Origin: a virus
Virus record (IMG/VR): IMGVR_UViG_3300029893_000066
Location: 1 to 25,737 of that record
DNA: 25,737 bases
Direction: 5' to 3' (one strand)
The notes under the pieces are model-generated. The model searched no databases. It was given only the letters and a program-made list of their open reading frames with translations, and had not been told where the DNA came from. Of the stretch, positions 9,734 through 17,054 are shown in pieces (within the stretch, counting starts at the first letter, position 1; each line of letters opens with the position of its first letter). Position numbers and translations under genes: made by a program.

Positions 9734-10058
9734 GCTGCACCTTCCAGAATATACGGTCGAGGGACTTAATCAGCTCGGCCTCCCAACCCTGCAGACGCTT
9801 CCCCGTCATGCTGGACCAAGACTGCAGCTCGGTATACGTCAGCGGCTCACCCGCAAACACCTCCCGGAACCACTCCCAAACATACCGAAGCTCCTCGGGG
9901 AGCTCCGGCGCATTTTCGAGCTGAGGCGGCTTGCGCTTCAGCGTCTTCCAAACCTGCATGAGAGAAGCACGCAGGGACTGTTTTGAGCCCTTAGGGATTA
10001 GGTCGAGCCGGAACTCGTGCTCGGCGAAGGCTGCGAGCTGTTCGACCGCCCCACGAAA
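9714..10058 (-). CDS. Tail assembly chaperone, frameshifted C-terminal part (gpT-like)
   Basis: The -1 frame is open from the slippery site: FRGAVEQLAAFAEHEFRLDLIPKGSKQSLRASLMQVWKTL...PEELRYVWEWF...PLTYTELQSW...WEAELIKSLD. The predicted G-T fusion is about 245 aa. Confidence 0.85.
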   Translation of the reverse strand, partial: FRGAVEQLAAFAEHEFRLDLIPKGSKQSLRASLMQVWKTLKRKPPQLENAPELPEELRYVWEWFREVFAGEPLTYTELQSWSSMTGKRLQGWEAELIKSLDRIFWKVQHGNRRS

Positions 10059-10450
10059 AAAAGTGCCCGCTTGCTCGCTGCCAAGTCGATGGCGTCCATG
10101 ATCTGCGGAGCCTCCTGGAAGAAAGCATCGACTGCATCAGCCGTGCATTCCTGCGGGAAGCTCCAGGCGCAAACCAGGGACGCGATCAGACGGCGCTTGC
10201 TCTTGGCAATCTCCGCTGCCCGCTCCTCGCGAGACTCGATACCGGCGATGCGGAAAGCGTCACGCTTGGACTCCGCCTCAGCAGCGCGGAAGGCATCAGA
10301 GTCGACGCCCAACACGCGCACCCAGTGCTCGCTTTTCTCCCCGGTCGGGAGGTACAGCGGAAGCTGCACTCCCTCGTTGGCCACGCCGCGCGTGAAGAAG
10401 GCATTCATTGCGGGAGTTGTCGCCCCCGCGGCGTTGTTATTGTCAGTCAT
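9998..10450 (-). CDS. Tail assembly chaperone (gpG-like, 150 aa)
   Basis: Between tail tube and tape measure; LGVDSDAFR motif; ends in ALFF over a T7 run followed by a short low-complexity tail. Confidence 0.88.
   Translation of the reverse strand: MTDNNNAAGATTPAMNAFFTRGVANEGVQLPLYLPTGEKSEHWVRVLGVDSDAFRAAEAESKRDAFRIAGIESREERAAEIAKSKRRLIASLVCAWSFPQECTADAVDAFFQEAPQIMDAIDLAASKRALFFVGRSNSSQPSPSTSSGST
10055..10061 (-). promoter_or_regulatory. -1 programmed ribosomal frameshift heptamer T TTT TTC
   Basis: Minus strand reads CTT TTT TTC GTG. This fits X XXY YYZ in the correct phase, and the -1 frame continues without a stop into the 9714..9959 ORF. Confidence 0.88.
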
Positions 10451-11616
10451 TATGCAGGCACCCTTTCGATCTGGATGTTTGTGGAAGTTGCCGCGTTCAG
10501 GAGAGCCTGGAACGGCATGCTCAGGGTAATGGGACCCTCGCCCTCAACGTCAGGCTGACCGCCGTTGTACTTGATGCGCGGCAGCGTGAAGATGTACTTG
10601 TTGCCAGCGCCGTCCGGCAGCTCGAACACGATGTTGGACTCGGTCTCGTTGATGAACTTGTCCAGCAGGAGCGAGTTCTCGAAGTACGCCGTGATCTGAC
10701 CGGAGCAGTTCGAGCGACCGATCGACGGCCGGATGGACGCCTTCGACCCGACCACGAAGCGAGCCTCCAGGCCGTTCTCCACGTTCAGCTGAATCTCCGT
10801 GATAACGGCAATCGGCGTACCGGCCTCGTTGAGGGTACCGGTGAACGAGTCGAGCGGCGAGGTGGTAGTCGGTGCAGCGTAAGTGGCGCCAGCCACGATG
10901 GCCGTGTCCGTGGTCATGTTCTGACCGAGAACACCGAGGGTGCCGGTAATCATCGCGTTGGCGCTGATCGCCAGGGCCAGGGTGTTGAACTCGACGCCAG
11001 TGAAGCGATGGTACGGCTTGTCGATGGTGAGGATGTCACCGAAGAAGCGTTCCACCGTGAACGAGCGGCGAACCGTGCCAGCCTTGAGGATAGCGCGGAG
11101 GCTATTCACCTGACGACCAGCCGCAGCGGCTTCCGCCACCATGGTCTGGCCTTCAAGCGCGGTCAGCGTCATCACCGTAGCCGTCAAGGCCGAGATGCGG
11201 AAGCGCCCGTTGTTGCCAGCGTTGGTGAAGCCACTGTTGATGACCACATCGTTGACTGCGAAGCCATCAGTCAGGAAGGAACCAGCCGAGCGGGCCACCG
11301 TGCCCACGGTTGCTGAGAAGCTCTGCGCGCCAGTGGTCTTGGTCGAGGTCCAGGTGCCCAGGAGCACAGCTTCCAGCAGGTCATCGAAGCTAGCAAAGCT
11401 CAGCTCGATGTTAATGTCGCCCCCAACTTGGTAGGCGCCATGGCGGAAGTCAGCAATCTGGCGATCGTCGCGAATCTCCTCGGACTGCAGGGATTCCTTC
11501 GACAGACCCAGGGTCGTGCTGGTGTGACGAATCGGCTTGAAAGCCGGAGTAGCCGGCGTCGTCCCGTAGGTCGACTCGGCGACGTAACGCATGGAATGGC
11601 GGCTGCCGTTTGCCAT
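10450..11616 (-). CDS. Major tail tube protein (388 aa)
   Basis: YVAESTYGTTPATP, SEEIRDDRQ, GGDINIELS and RRSFTVER motifs of siphophage tail tube proteins; position fits. Confidence 0.92.
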   Translation of the reverse strand: MANGSRHSMRYVAESTYGTTPATPAFKPIRHTSTTLGLSKESLQSEEIRDDRQIADFRHGAYQVGGDINIELSFASFDDLLEAVLLGTWTSTKTTGAQSFSATVGTVARSAGSFLTDGFAVNDVVINSGFTNAGNNGRFRISALTATVMTLTALEGQTMVAEAAAAGRQVNSLRAILKAGTVRRSFTVERFFGDILTIDKPYHRFTGVEFNTLALAISANAMITGTLGVLGQNMTTDTAIVAGATYAAPTTTSPLDSFTGTLNEAGTPIAVITEIQLNVENGLEARFVVGSKASIRPSIGRSNCSGQITAYFENSLLLDKFINETESNIVFELPDGAGNKYIFTLPRIKYNGGQPDVEGEGPITLSMPFQALLNAATSTNIQIERVPA

Positions 11617-11640
11617 GATGTGTGCTCCTTAAAGTGAAGA

Positions 11641-12063
11641 TCAGTTGCGGGACACCCGAGCAAACCAGGTGACAGTCATGCTCACGCGATACCACCCATC
11701 GACTTCCCGCCCGCGTGAGCGGCCGCAAGAAGCCACCGTGAGCTCGACTCCCGAGTGAGCAAGTCGCTTGCCCGCTTTGAAGAAGTCTGTCAGCTCGTCC
11801 GCCTTGGCCGTCACGGCCGCCTCGCCGGTCATCAGCGGGTAATTCAGGTCGATCTGCAGGAAGCCGTCATGGCCATCCTGACCCTCGTCACCAAGCGTGG
11901 CGACTGAAGGCTGGTTCATAAATACGAACGCCGCTGCCCATGGACTCTGGTCAGTCGGCTTGTCGAATGGAGCGTTTTCAACGGCGTACGGAAGGCCGAG
12001 CGGGGAGTCTTCCACTCCCTGCATCAAAGCCTTCCGCAGTCCCGCGTACGGGTTCACAGCCAT
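11641..12063 (-). CDS. Tail terminator protein (DUF4128-like, 140 aa)
   Basis: Start moved to ATG 12063 (AGGAGCGAGGAT upstream). EN..F.KP, G.LQID..YP...G and WY...TV.W motifs; lies before the tail tube gene. Confidence 0.82.
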   Translation of the reverse strand: MAVNPYAGLRKALMQGVEDSPLGLPYAVENAPFDKPTDQSPWAAAFVFMNQPSVATLGDEGQDGHDGFLQIDLNYPLMTGEAAVTAKADELTDFFKAGKRLAHSGVELTVASCGRSRGREVDGWYRVSMTVTWFARVSRN

Positions 12064-12076
12064 ATCCTCGCTCCTA

Positions 12077-12478
12077 TCAACGTCCCAAAGCCGCAGCCTT
12101 GGCACTCACAATTCTTTGCCACTGAGCAAGATGCCGTCGCACCATGCCTTCGGGCGCTTGCCTGCTCCAGCCTTCGTACTCAATACGCTCGGCATAGGGC
12201 AGGTTGTTGGTAAACCAGACAACATCTGCCAGGCTCCCCAGGTTGGCCATGGCTTCCGCCAAGGCCGCTGCTCCGCTCGGGTCATCTCGGCTAATCTCGG
12301 ACCCAGCAGGCGAGTTGATGGTCGTCTGCCAGTTACCGCGAAGCCGACCGGTATCAACCGGCGTGGCCATAATGACCAGCTTGAACAGTTCCAGCACCGA
12401 GGCCCTACGCACCTTATCGACCTTGTCCAGCGCCTTGATGCCGAAGCCCCTCAGCTGCGACTCGAACCGGCCTGCCAC
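12077..12478 (-). CDS. Tail completion/neck protein (HK97 gp10-like)
   Basis: TPVDTGRLRGNW, NNLPYAERIEY and SRQAPEGMVR motifs. Confidence 0.9.
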   Translation of the reverse strand: MAGRFESQLRGFGIKALDKVDKVRRASVLELFKLVIMATPVDTGRLRGNWQTTINSPAGSEISRDDPSGAAALAEAMANLGSLADVVWFTNNLPYAERIEYEGWSRQAPEGMVRRHLAQWQRIVSAKAAALGR

Positions 12479-12482
12479 GTCG

Positions 12483-12848
12483 TCACCTCCGCAGCTGCAG
12501 GGCGTGCACCACCGCGGTGCCCGCCGGATTGACCGAGTTCACGTCGACGACCGCCCACGTGACGCCTGAGGCCTCGGCGAAGACGTCGCCCTGCTTGGGC
12601 TGCACGCTCGCCTGCACGTAGGCCTGCCGGTCGCCGCGCATGATGGTCTCGCCGTCCACCAGTTTCTCCTCGTAGTCAACGACAACGCCGATGACCTCGA
12701 AGACTTGCGGAGCTCCTCCCGTCACAGTCCCGTTCACCGGGTCAACCGTGACAGGCGCTCCAGCCCTGCGAAGTTCACAATCCTGGCCGAACTCGGCCAG
12801 GAGCGCGTCCACAGTGTCCTTCAAGCCAGCGTAGTCGAAGGTAGCCAT
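12483..12848 (-). CDS. Head closure/head-tail joining protein
   Basis: LLAEFGQ, DGETIMRGD and VNPAGTAVVHALQLRR motifs; position between adaptor and neck genes. Confidence 0.82.
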   Translation of the reverse strand: MATFDYAGLKDTVDALLAEFGQDCELRRAGAPVTVDPVNGTVTGGAPQVFEVIGVVVDYEEKLVDGETIMRGDRQAYVQASVQPKQGDVFAEASGVTWAVVDVNSVNPAGTAVVHALQLRR

Positions 12849-12850
12849 CG

Positions 12851-13375
12851 TTAGGCCCTCCCGAGTTCACTGGAGTTGCTCGACCCGATCAAGCCTGCAG
12901 CTTGCAGGGTGAGGGTGACCTCCGGGTAGTCAGGAGTGGAGGCCGAAGCAGATGCTCCCACCGACTCGCTGTATTTGGTTTGCACCTTGATGGGCCCAAC
13001 CTCTTTGAGAGACTCGATGACCTTGCCGCCCGAAGCGTCGAAGGTCGGGTCCGGCATCAGAGGCTTGCCCGTCAGTGCGCGGTTCGCCATCATGCAGGTC
13101 GCAGTGACCAGCGCGGGCGGCAAGCCACGCAGGAAAGAAGTGACGCCGCCACGGGGCCATTGAGTGCCCTGCAGCCGGCGAATCTGGTAGCCGACCCACT
13201 TGTACCGGCCATCCAGGTAGGTCGTCGCATTGACGATGGCTGCCTGGAGCTCGGCATTTGTGCGGGCCGTGAGGTCTACCCCACGGTCCATCCAGTAGGC
13301 GCGTACCGTTGTCGGGTCAGTGTAGGCATTTGCCCCGTCCACTGTTCCGTCGTTATCTTGAGGAGTAAAGGCCAT
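12851..13375 (-). CDS. Head-tail adaptor protein
   Basis: GANAY, AT.YLD, Q...WPR and KEVGPIKV motifs typical of head-tail adaptors. Confidence 0.85.
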   Translation of the reverse strand: MAFTPQDNDGTVDGANAYTDPTTVRAYWMDRGVDLTARTNAELQAAIVNATTYLDGRYKWVGYQIRRLQGTQWPRGGVTSFLRGLPPALVTATCMMANRALTGKPLMPDPTFDASGGKVIESLKEVGPIKVQTKYSESVGASASASTPDYPEVTLTLQAAGLIGSSNSSELGRA

Positions 13376-13385
13376 GTCTCAGCCC

Positions 13386-13616
13386 TCACTCAATCTTCAG
13401 GTCTGAAGCGCTCTCAGCGAGCACTTGCCCCTGGTCACGCCAGTCCGCGCCGGTCACCGCGGCGATGACGCCATTGGTGGCCTTGCGGATGGTTACTTGC
13501 CCACCCGGAGGAACCCGGACGGTCTGTTGACCAGCCGGGGCCTTCGGGGGCGTGGCGGGAGCCTGGCCCGCCGTCGTACGCGGCTTGGTCATATCGCTGC
13601 TAGTGTAGCGGGCCAT
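13386..13616 (-). CDS. Hypothetical protein (76 aa)
   Basis: GGGAGG RBS; fills the gap between neighbours in the operon. Confidence 0.7.
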   Translation of the reverse strand: MARYTSSDMTKPRTTAGQAPATPPKAPAGQQTVRVPPGGQVTIRKATNGVIAAVTGADWRDQGQVLAESASDLKIE

Positions 13617-13630
13617 GGCTGTTCCCTCCC

Positions 13631-14275
13631 TTACTGCTTCGCTGCACGCGCCTTGGCGCGGGTGTAGCCTTCGGCCACGGCGTTGACTTCGTCGCGGGCA
13701 ACCTTCTTGCCGATGAGCTCGCTCAGGTGCTCGAGGTTCGGCAGGTTGTTCGACGTCCAGTGGGCATCGGTCTCGGGGTCGAGCTGACCGATCGCTTCAG
13801 CGAGGCTCGGCTTGCTGTCCGGAGCGCCATTCGGCTTGTTCTGGTCAGCACCGGTTGTCTCGGTGGATGCAGCACTGCCTTGCGGGCCTGCTTGATCGCC
13901 CGAAGCGTCCTGGCTCGCCTGAGCTTTGACAAGCTCACGCACTTTGGCCTCGTCTTCGGCTGTGAAGAGCTCACCGAAGTACGCGCTCATGGCCTTGACG
14001 ACATACTCGGAGTCGGTCTGATAGCCAGGCAGCTCGGAGAGAGCTTTGTCCAAGTCGGCGCGGAGGGGGCCAGTGCGCTCGCTGCGCAACTGCTCCAGCT
14101 CGGCCTTCTCAGCCGGGACGGCGCCGTAGAACTCCAGGACACGCGCCAACGTGGCGGCTTGGCCTTCGGAGCCGGCGTAGGTGAACTCGCCATCAACGAA
14201 CTCGTGTCCATTGACGACCATGCTGCGACCGGCGTGCGGGCCGATCAGAACGAACTTCTGGGTGACTGATGCCAT
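13631..14275 (-). CDS. Hypothetical head-associated protein (214 aa)
   Basis: AAGGAG RBS; C-terminal LDPETDAHWTSNNLP...V.R.EV module seen in phage head-region proteins. Confidence 0.75.
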   Translation of the reverse strand: MASVTQKFVLIGPHAGRSMVVNGHEFVDGEFTYAGSEGQAATLARVLEFYGAVPAEKAELEQLRSERTGPLRADLDKALSELPGYQTDSEYVVKAMSAYFGELFTAEDEAKVRELVKAQASQDASGDQAGPQGSAASTETTGADQNKPNGAPDSKPSLAEAIGQLDPETDAHWTSNNLPNLEHLSELIGKKVARDEVNAVAEGYTRAKARAAKQ

Positions 14276-14311
14276 GATCTTTTCTCCTTCACATGGGTAT
14301 TCTGTAAACCA

Positions 14312-14343
14312 CGAGACCCCGCTGGTTTCCCAGCGAGGTCTTG
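14312..14343 (-). terminator. GAAA-tetraloop hairpin, probable partial (leaky) intrinsic terminator
   Basis: mRNA CAAGACCUCGCUGG-GAAA-CCAGCGGGGUCUCG followed by a weak UGGUUU tail, downstream of capsid and the 76-aa gene. Confidence 0.6.
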
Positions 14344-14350
14344 CGGGCGA

Positions 14351-14581
14351 TTAGCCGACAGTCGTCAGCAAGACCGGAGCGGCAAGCCCCGGGGTCAAAG
14401 CCGTCACGGTGGCGTCAGACCAGACGCCAGCCGAACCACCAGCCGCTGTGGCGGCTGCCGCACGGGCGTTGGCGTCGGCTGCCACGTCGTCTGCCACCAC
14501 AATGACTGCGTTGACTTTGTTGTTAAGCGTCTGGCCTGTGCGCGAGGGCGACAGGCTGACGAGGTACAAGGCGTTGGCCAT
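14351..14581 (-). CDS. Small Ala-rich virion protein, possible head decoration (76 aa)
   Basis: GGAGGA RBS; immediately downstream of the major capsid gene and upstream of the hairpin. Confidence 0.7.
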   Translation of the reverse strand: MANALYLVSLSPSRTGQTLNNKVNAVIVVADDVAADANARAAAATAAGGSAGVWSDATVTALTPGLAAPVLLTTVG

Positions 14582-14600
14582 GTGGAATCCTCCGATATGC

Positions 14601-14625
14601 GCCCGCCGGCATGTAGCCGGCGGGC
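14601..14625. repeat. Perfect 10-bp inverted repeat after the capsid stop codon
   Basis: GCCCGCCGGC-atgta-GCCGGCGGGC; no U tract on the minus strand, so more likely an mRNA-stabilising hairpin than a terminator. Confidence 0.7.
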
Positions 14626-14648
14626 TGACCTGTGGACCCGGCTAGAGA

Positions 14649-15581
14649 TTAGCCAGGGATGACGCCCTTCAGCACAGCGAGACCCTTCTCGCTGAACAGA
14701 GCCAGACCGCAGTACCACACCACGCGGGTGATGGACTCGTCCGCATTTTCCTTCTCGCCGACTTCCTTGATGTTGATACCGGCCGCCTTCTCGGCGGTCA
14801 GACCGGCGATACCGTGCGAACGGCTGCCGTCATCGAAGGTACCCGCGAACACCGAAGTGGCGTTGCTCGCGGAGCCCTGGGTCTGCGTGATGGGAATCCA
14901 GTCATTGCGGAAGATCGGGATGCCGCGGTAAGCAGGCACCTGACGACCGGAGGCCATGGTGTAGACGTCGCCCGACGAAGTGCCACCCAGGCTGCGGAGC
15001 AGCGCGAGGTACTTGCGACGGGTGCGGCTGTGCATCATCAGGTAGTCCACCTGACCGTCCTTGTCGGTCACCAGGTCGATCAGCGCATCCAGGTCCTCGA
15101 AGGACAGGGCTGCACCGTTCGCGGCGCCGTTGTTGGCGGTGATGGTCTGACCCGCAGCGACCAGGCCGAACAGGCCAGCCATGTTGCTGGCGGTGGCGTC
15201 ACCGTTAATCATCTGTTCCTGGTACTTGCGACCGGCCGACTTCGCCTTGGAGGCGATCTGCACCGCCTTCTGGTCGTTGCCGTCGCCGGAGCGAGTGGCC
15301 TGGATCAAACCGTTGACCTCGGCGTCGCCGATGATCGTGGTCAGGGTGGACGTCACTTGCGTGAAGGTCGTAGCGGCCTTCGCGACGATGGTCGAACCCA
15401 CGCCCGCGGTCTGCACATTGCCCAGCACGTTCTCGCGGTTGTACGCGAGGGCGTTGCCGTCGATGCCGTCGAAGGGCAGCAGCTCAAACATCTCGTTGAC
15501 GGTGATGACGTTTTCAATGACACCCGCGACGAGTTCGTCCTGGGACAGCTTCGCCGATTCGGCGAGGGTAACGGAAGGCAT
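14649..15581 (-). CDS. Major capsid protein (310 aa)
   Basis: Start moved to ATG 15581 (AGGAG at 15589-15593). MPSVTLAESAKLSQDELVAGVIE...LPFDGIDGNALAYNRE...YRGIPIFRNDWIP...RVVWYCGLALFS is an HK97-fold capsid pattern. Confidence 0.95.
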   Translation of the reverse strand: MPSVTLAESAKLSQDELVAGVIENVITVNEMFELLPFDGIDGNALAYNRENVLGNVQTAGVGSTIVAKAATTFTQVTSTLTTIIGDAEVNGLIQATRSGDGNDQKAVQIASKAKSAGRKYQEQMINGDATASNMAGLFGLVAAGQTITANNGAANGAALSFEDLDALIDLVTDKDGQVDYLMMHSRTRRKYLALLRSLGGTSSGDVYTMASGRQVPAYRGIPIFRNDWIPITQTQGSASNATSVFAGTFDDGSRSHGIAGLTAEKAAGINIKEVGEKENADESITRVVWYCGLALFSEKGLAVLKGVIPG

Positions 15582-15725
15582 GTTGATTCTCCTAACAGAG
15601 GTTGAGGTTTGCTTGGTTTGGTGCCGGATCGCCCGACGATTCGACCCCGGGCCAGGCGTCACGCCTCTGCTGGGTCAGCGAGCGCGGTTCGCGGATGTAC
15701 TCCGCGCTCGCACGCTATGGTCGGG

Positions 15726-15734
15726 AATATGCCA
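15726..15734 (-). promoter_or_regulatory. Candidate extended -10 promoter (TGGCATATT) for the capsid operon
   Basis: TGn + CATATT about 145 nt upstream of the capsid ATG. A promoter is expected here because upstream transcription should stop at 16930-16959. No clear -35. Confidence 0.3.
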
Positions 15735-15949
15735 AGACGGCGCGGGACCGTAACCCCATGAACCAGCGCCAGCGCGCCCGATCTGGACCGTCTGAACCCC
15801 GTGAAGTGCCAGGTCCGTACGGTGAAAGCCTTGCGCACCAAGGACTTAGGGCCTTTTCGAGCCGTACGAGCCTTGGAGCTCGGTTTGCGCCAGGAAAACG
15901 GTCGGCCACTGACTTCGGGGGAGGTCGGCCGCGGCGCTGCCGAGGTCCA

Positions 15950-16070
15950 GAAGCCCTAGATGGCCTAGAAGTCCTTGTCCGGCTTAGAGAATCAACCACT
16001 TAGAGCCTTATATAGGGTTTAGATTGCCTTAGATTAAAGGATAGATAAAATAAATAGAAAATAATTGCTT
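15950..16070. other. AT-rich non-coding tract with eight TAGA-core repeats (candidate origin or packaging site)
   Basis: TAGA at 15957, 15966, 15985, 16001, 16020, 16030, 16042 and 16055, grading into ATAGATAAAATAAATAGAAAATAATT, the most AT-rich stretch of the window. Confidence 0.5.
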
Positions 16071-16097
16071 GAAGGGGCTCCCAAGCTGGGAGAAGCC

Positions 16098-16106
16098 TGC
16101 CATAAT
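16098..16106 (+). promoter_or_regulatory. Candidate extended -10 promoter (TGCCATAAT)
   Basis: TGn-CATAAT downstream of an AT-rich UP-like tract and upstream of GGAG (16132) and ATG (16142). Confidence 0.5.
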
Positions 16107-16141
16107 CATCCCATCGACACGACGAACTGCTGGAGACCAAC

Positions 16142-16431
16142 ATGACCATCGTACTTCTTGCCTGCGTACTGACCGGCTGGTACATCGGCCGCGCGGAGGG
16201 GCTCCGTGGACCGCCGCAGAGGAGCGCGACCTGCTGGCCGCTGCCGCCCGCTGCACCGACCTGTCGTTCCTCGCCTCCGCCCACGGGCGGACCGAGACCG
16301 CAATCGCCTGCCGCCTCGAGCAGCTGGGCTACGACCGCGGCGTCCTCGCCGCCATGGACTTCGCCGACGTCGAGCTGCGCGTTCTAGCGCAGGTCGTCGG
16401 CCCCACAACCAAGCAACAAGGAGCAAAGAAG
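16142..16431 (+). pseudogene. Small Myb/HTH-like protein gene, apparently frame-disrupted near 16198-16201
   Basis: RBS and ATG at 16142 are in one frame; the protein-like segment APWTAAEERDLL...LASAHGRTETAIACRLEQLG is in the -1 frame and runs on without a stop into the next gene. Confidence 0.45.
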
Positions 16432-16920
16432 ATGAAGATGACCGCCAACCGCCTGATGACCCTGCTCGCCGTGTACCGCGGCACCTACGAGAACGAGCTC
16501 AAGGTCGGCACGTCCGGGCCGGACCTCGCGAGCCTCGTGGCCGAGGGCCTCGTGACCGTCAACGGAGACGGGCGCCGCCCGTCCGTGACCGAGGACGGCT
16601 CCGCCCTCGTCGACTCGCTGCTGGGCCGCTCCTCGACGTCGGGCGGCACCGCCAGCACGAGCTGGAACGCCTCGCGCAACACCAGCGCGCTCGACGACCA
16701 GCGCTTCTTCCTCGTGTCCTCGGGCGACGCCATGAAGGGCGGGCCGCACGGTCGCCCGCAGCTGAAGAAGCCGCCCACCACAGTCCAGTCGTCCTACCGT
16801 GACGCCGAGCGCGAGGCCTCCCGCCTCGCCGACCTGAGCCGCGGCGAGAAGTTCTTCGTCCTGCAGGCCGTGTCGGTGCACGAGGTGCAGCCGGCTCCGG
16901 CGACGTCGCGCCGCCTGTGA
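16432..16920 (+). CDS. Hypothetical protein (162 aa; winged-helix-like N-half plus small phage domain)
   Basis: AAGGAG at 16418-16423, ATG at 16432, strong GC3 bias. L..LVAEGLV...VTEDG resembles a winged helix; C-terminal PTTVQSSYRDAEREASRLA...EKFFVLQAV. Confidence 0.75.
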   Translation: MKMTANRLMTLLAVYRGTYENELKVGTSGPDLASLVAEGLVTVNGDGRRPSVTEDGSALVDSLLGRSSTSGGTASTSWNASRNTSALDDQRFFLVSSGDAMKGGPHGRPQLKKPPTTVQSSYRDAEREASRLADLSRGEKFFVLQAVSVHEVQPAPATSRRL

Positions 16921-16929
16921 TATGGCAAA

Positions 16930-16959
16930 GAAAAAGGGGAGCCGTAGCTCCCCTTTTTC
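16930..16959. terminator. Bidirectional rho-independent terminator
   Basis: GAAAAAGGGGAGC-cgta-GCTCCCCTTTTTC: perfect inverted repeat with U tracts on both strands, 10 nt after the plus-strand stop at 16920. Confidence 0.92.
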
Positions 16960-16996
16960 GTGTCGCCGTGCCTCAGCGGCGCTTCGCAAACATTGG

Positions 16997-17026
16997 TTGC
17001 CAAAGCGCCAAGTCATGCCCTATACT
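16997..17026 (+). promoter_or_regulatory. Sigma70-type promoter for the plus-strand endonuclease gene
   Basis: TTGCCA (16997-17002), 18-nt spacer, TATACT (17021-17026), followed by AAGGA (17043-17047) and TTG at 17055. Confidence 0.7.
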
Positions 17027-17054
17027 AGCCGTCAATATCGATAAGGAAAATGAC

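Noticed and set aside
17..15605. Many long plus-strand ORFs (e.g. 406..1221, 1315..2280, 5616..6731, 7982..8938, 10408..11316, 14814..15605)
   Set aside because: Antisense shadows of GC3-biased minus-strand genes; no RBS or recognisable motifs.
15582..15662. 27-aa N-terminal extension of the capsid ORF given in the track
   Set aside because: The strong AGGAG precedes ATG 15581; the extension runs through the structured leader.
15950..16070. CRISPR-like or mini-array interpretation of the TAGA repeats
   Set aside because: Units are 4-8 bp, degenerate and irregularly spaced; no repeat-spacer structure.
15602..16284. Short ORFs across the intergenic tract (15602..16003 +, 15715..15999 -, 16000..16284 -)
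   Set aside because: No RBS, no codon bias, and they overlap repeats and promoter elements.
16917..17054. N-terminal 46 aa of the 226-aa plus-strand ORF
   Set aside because: Crosses the terminator and promoter; TTG 17055 has a proper RBS.
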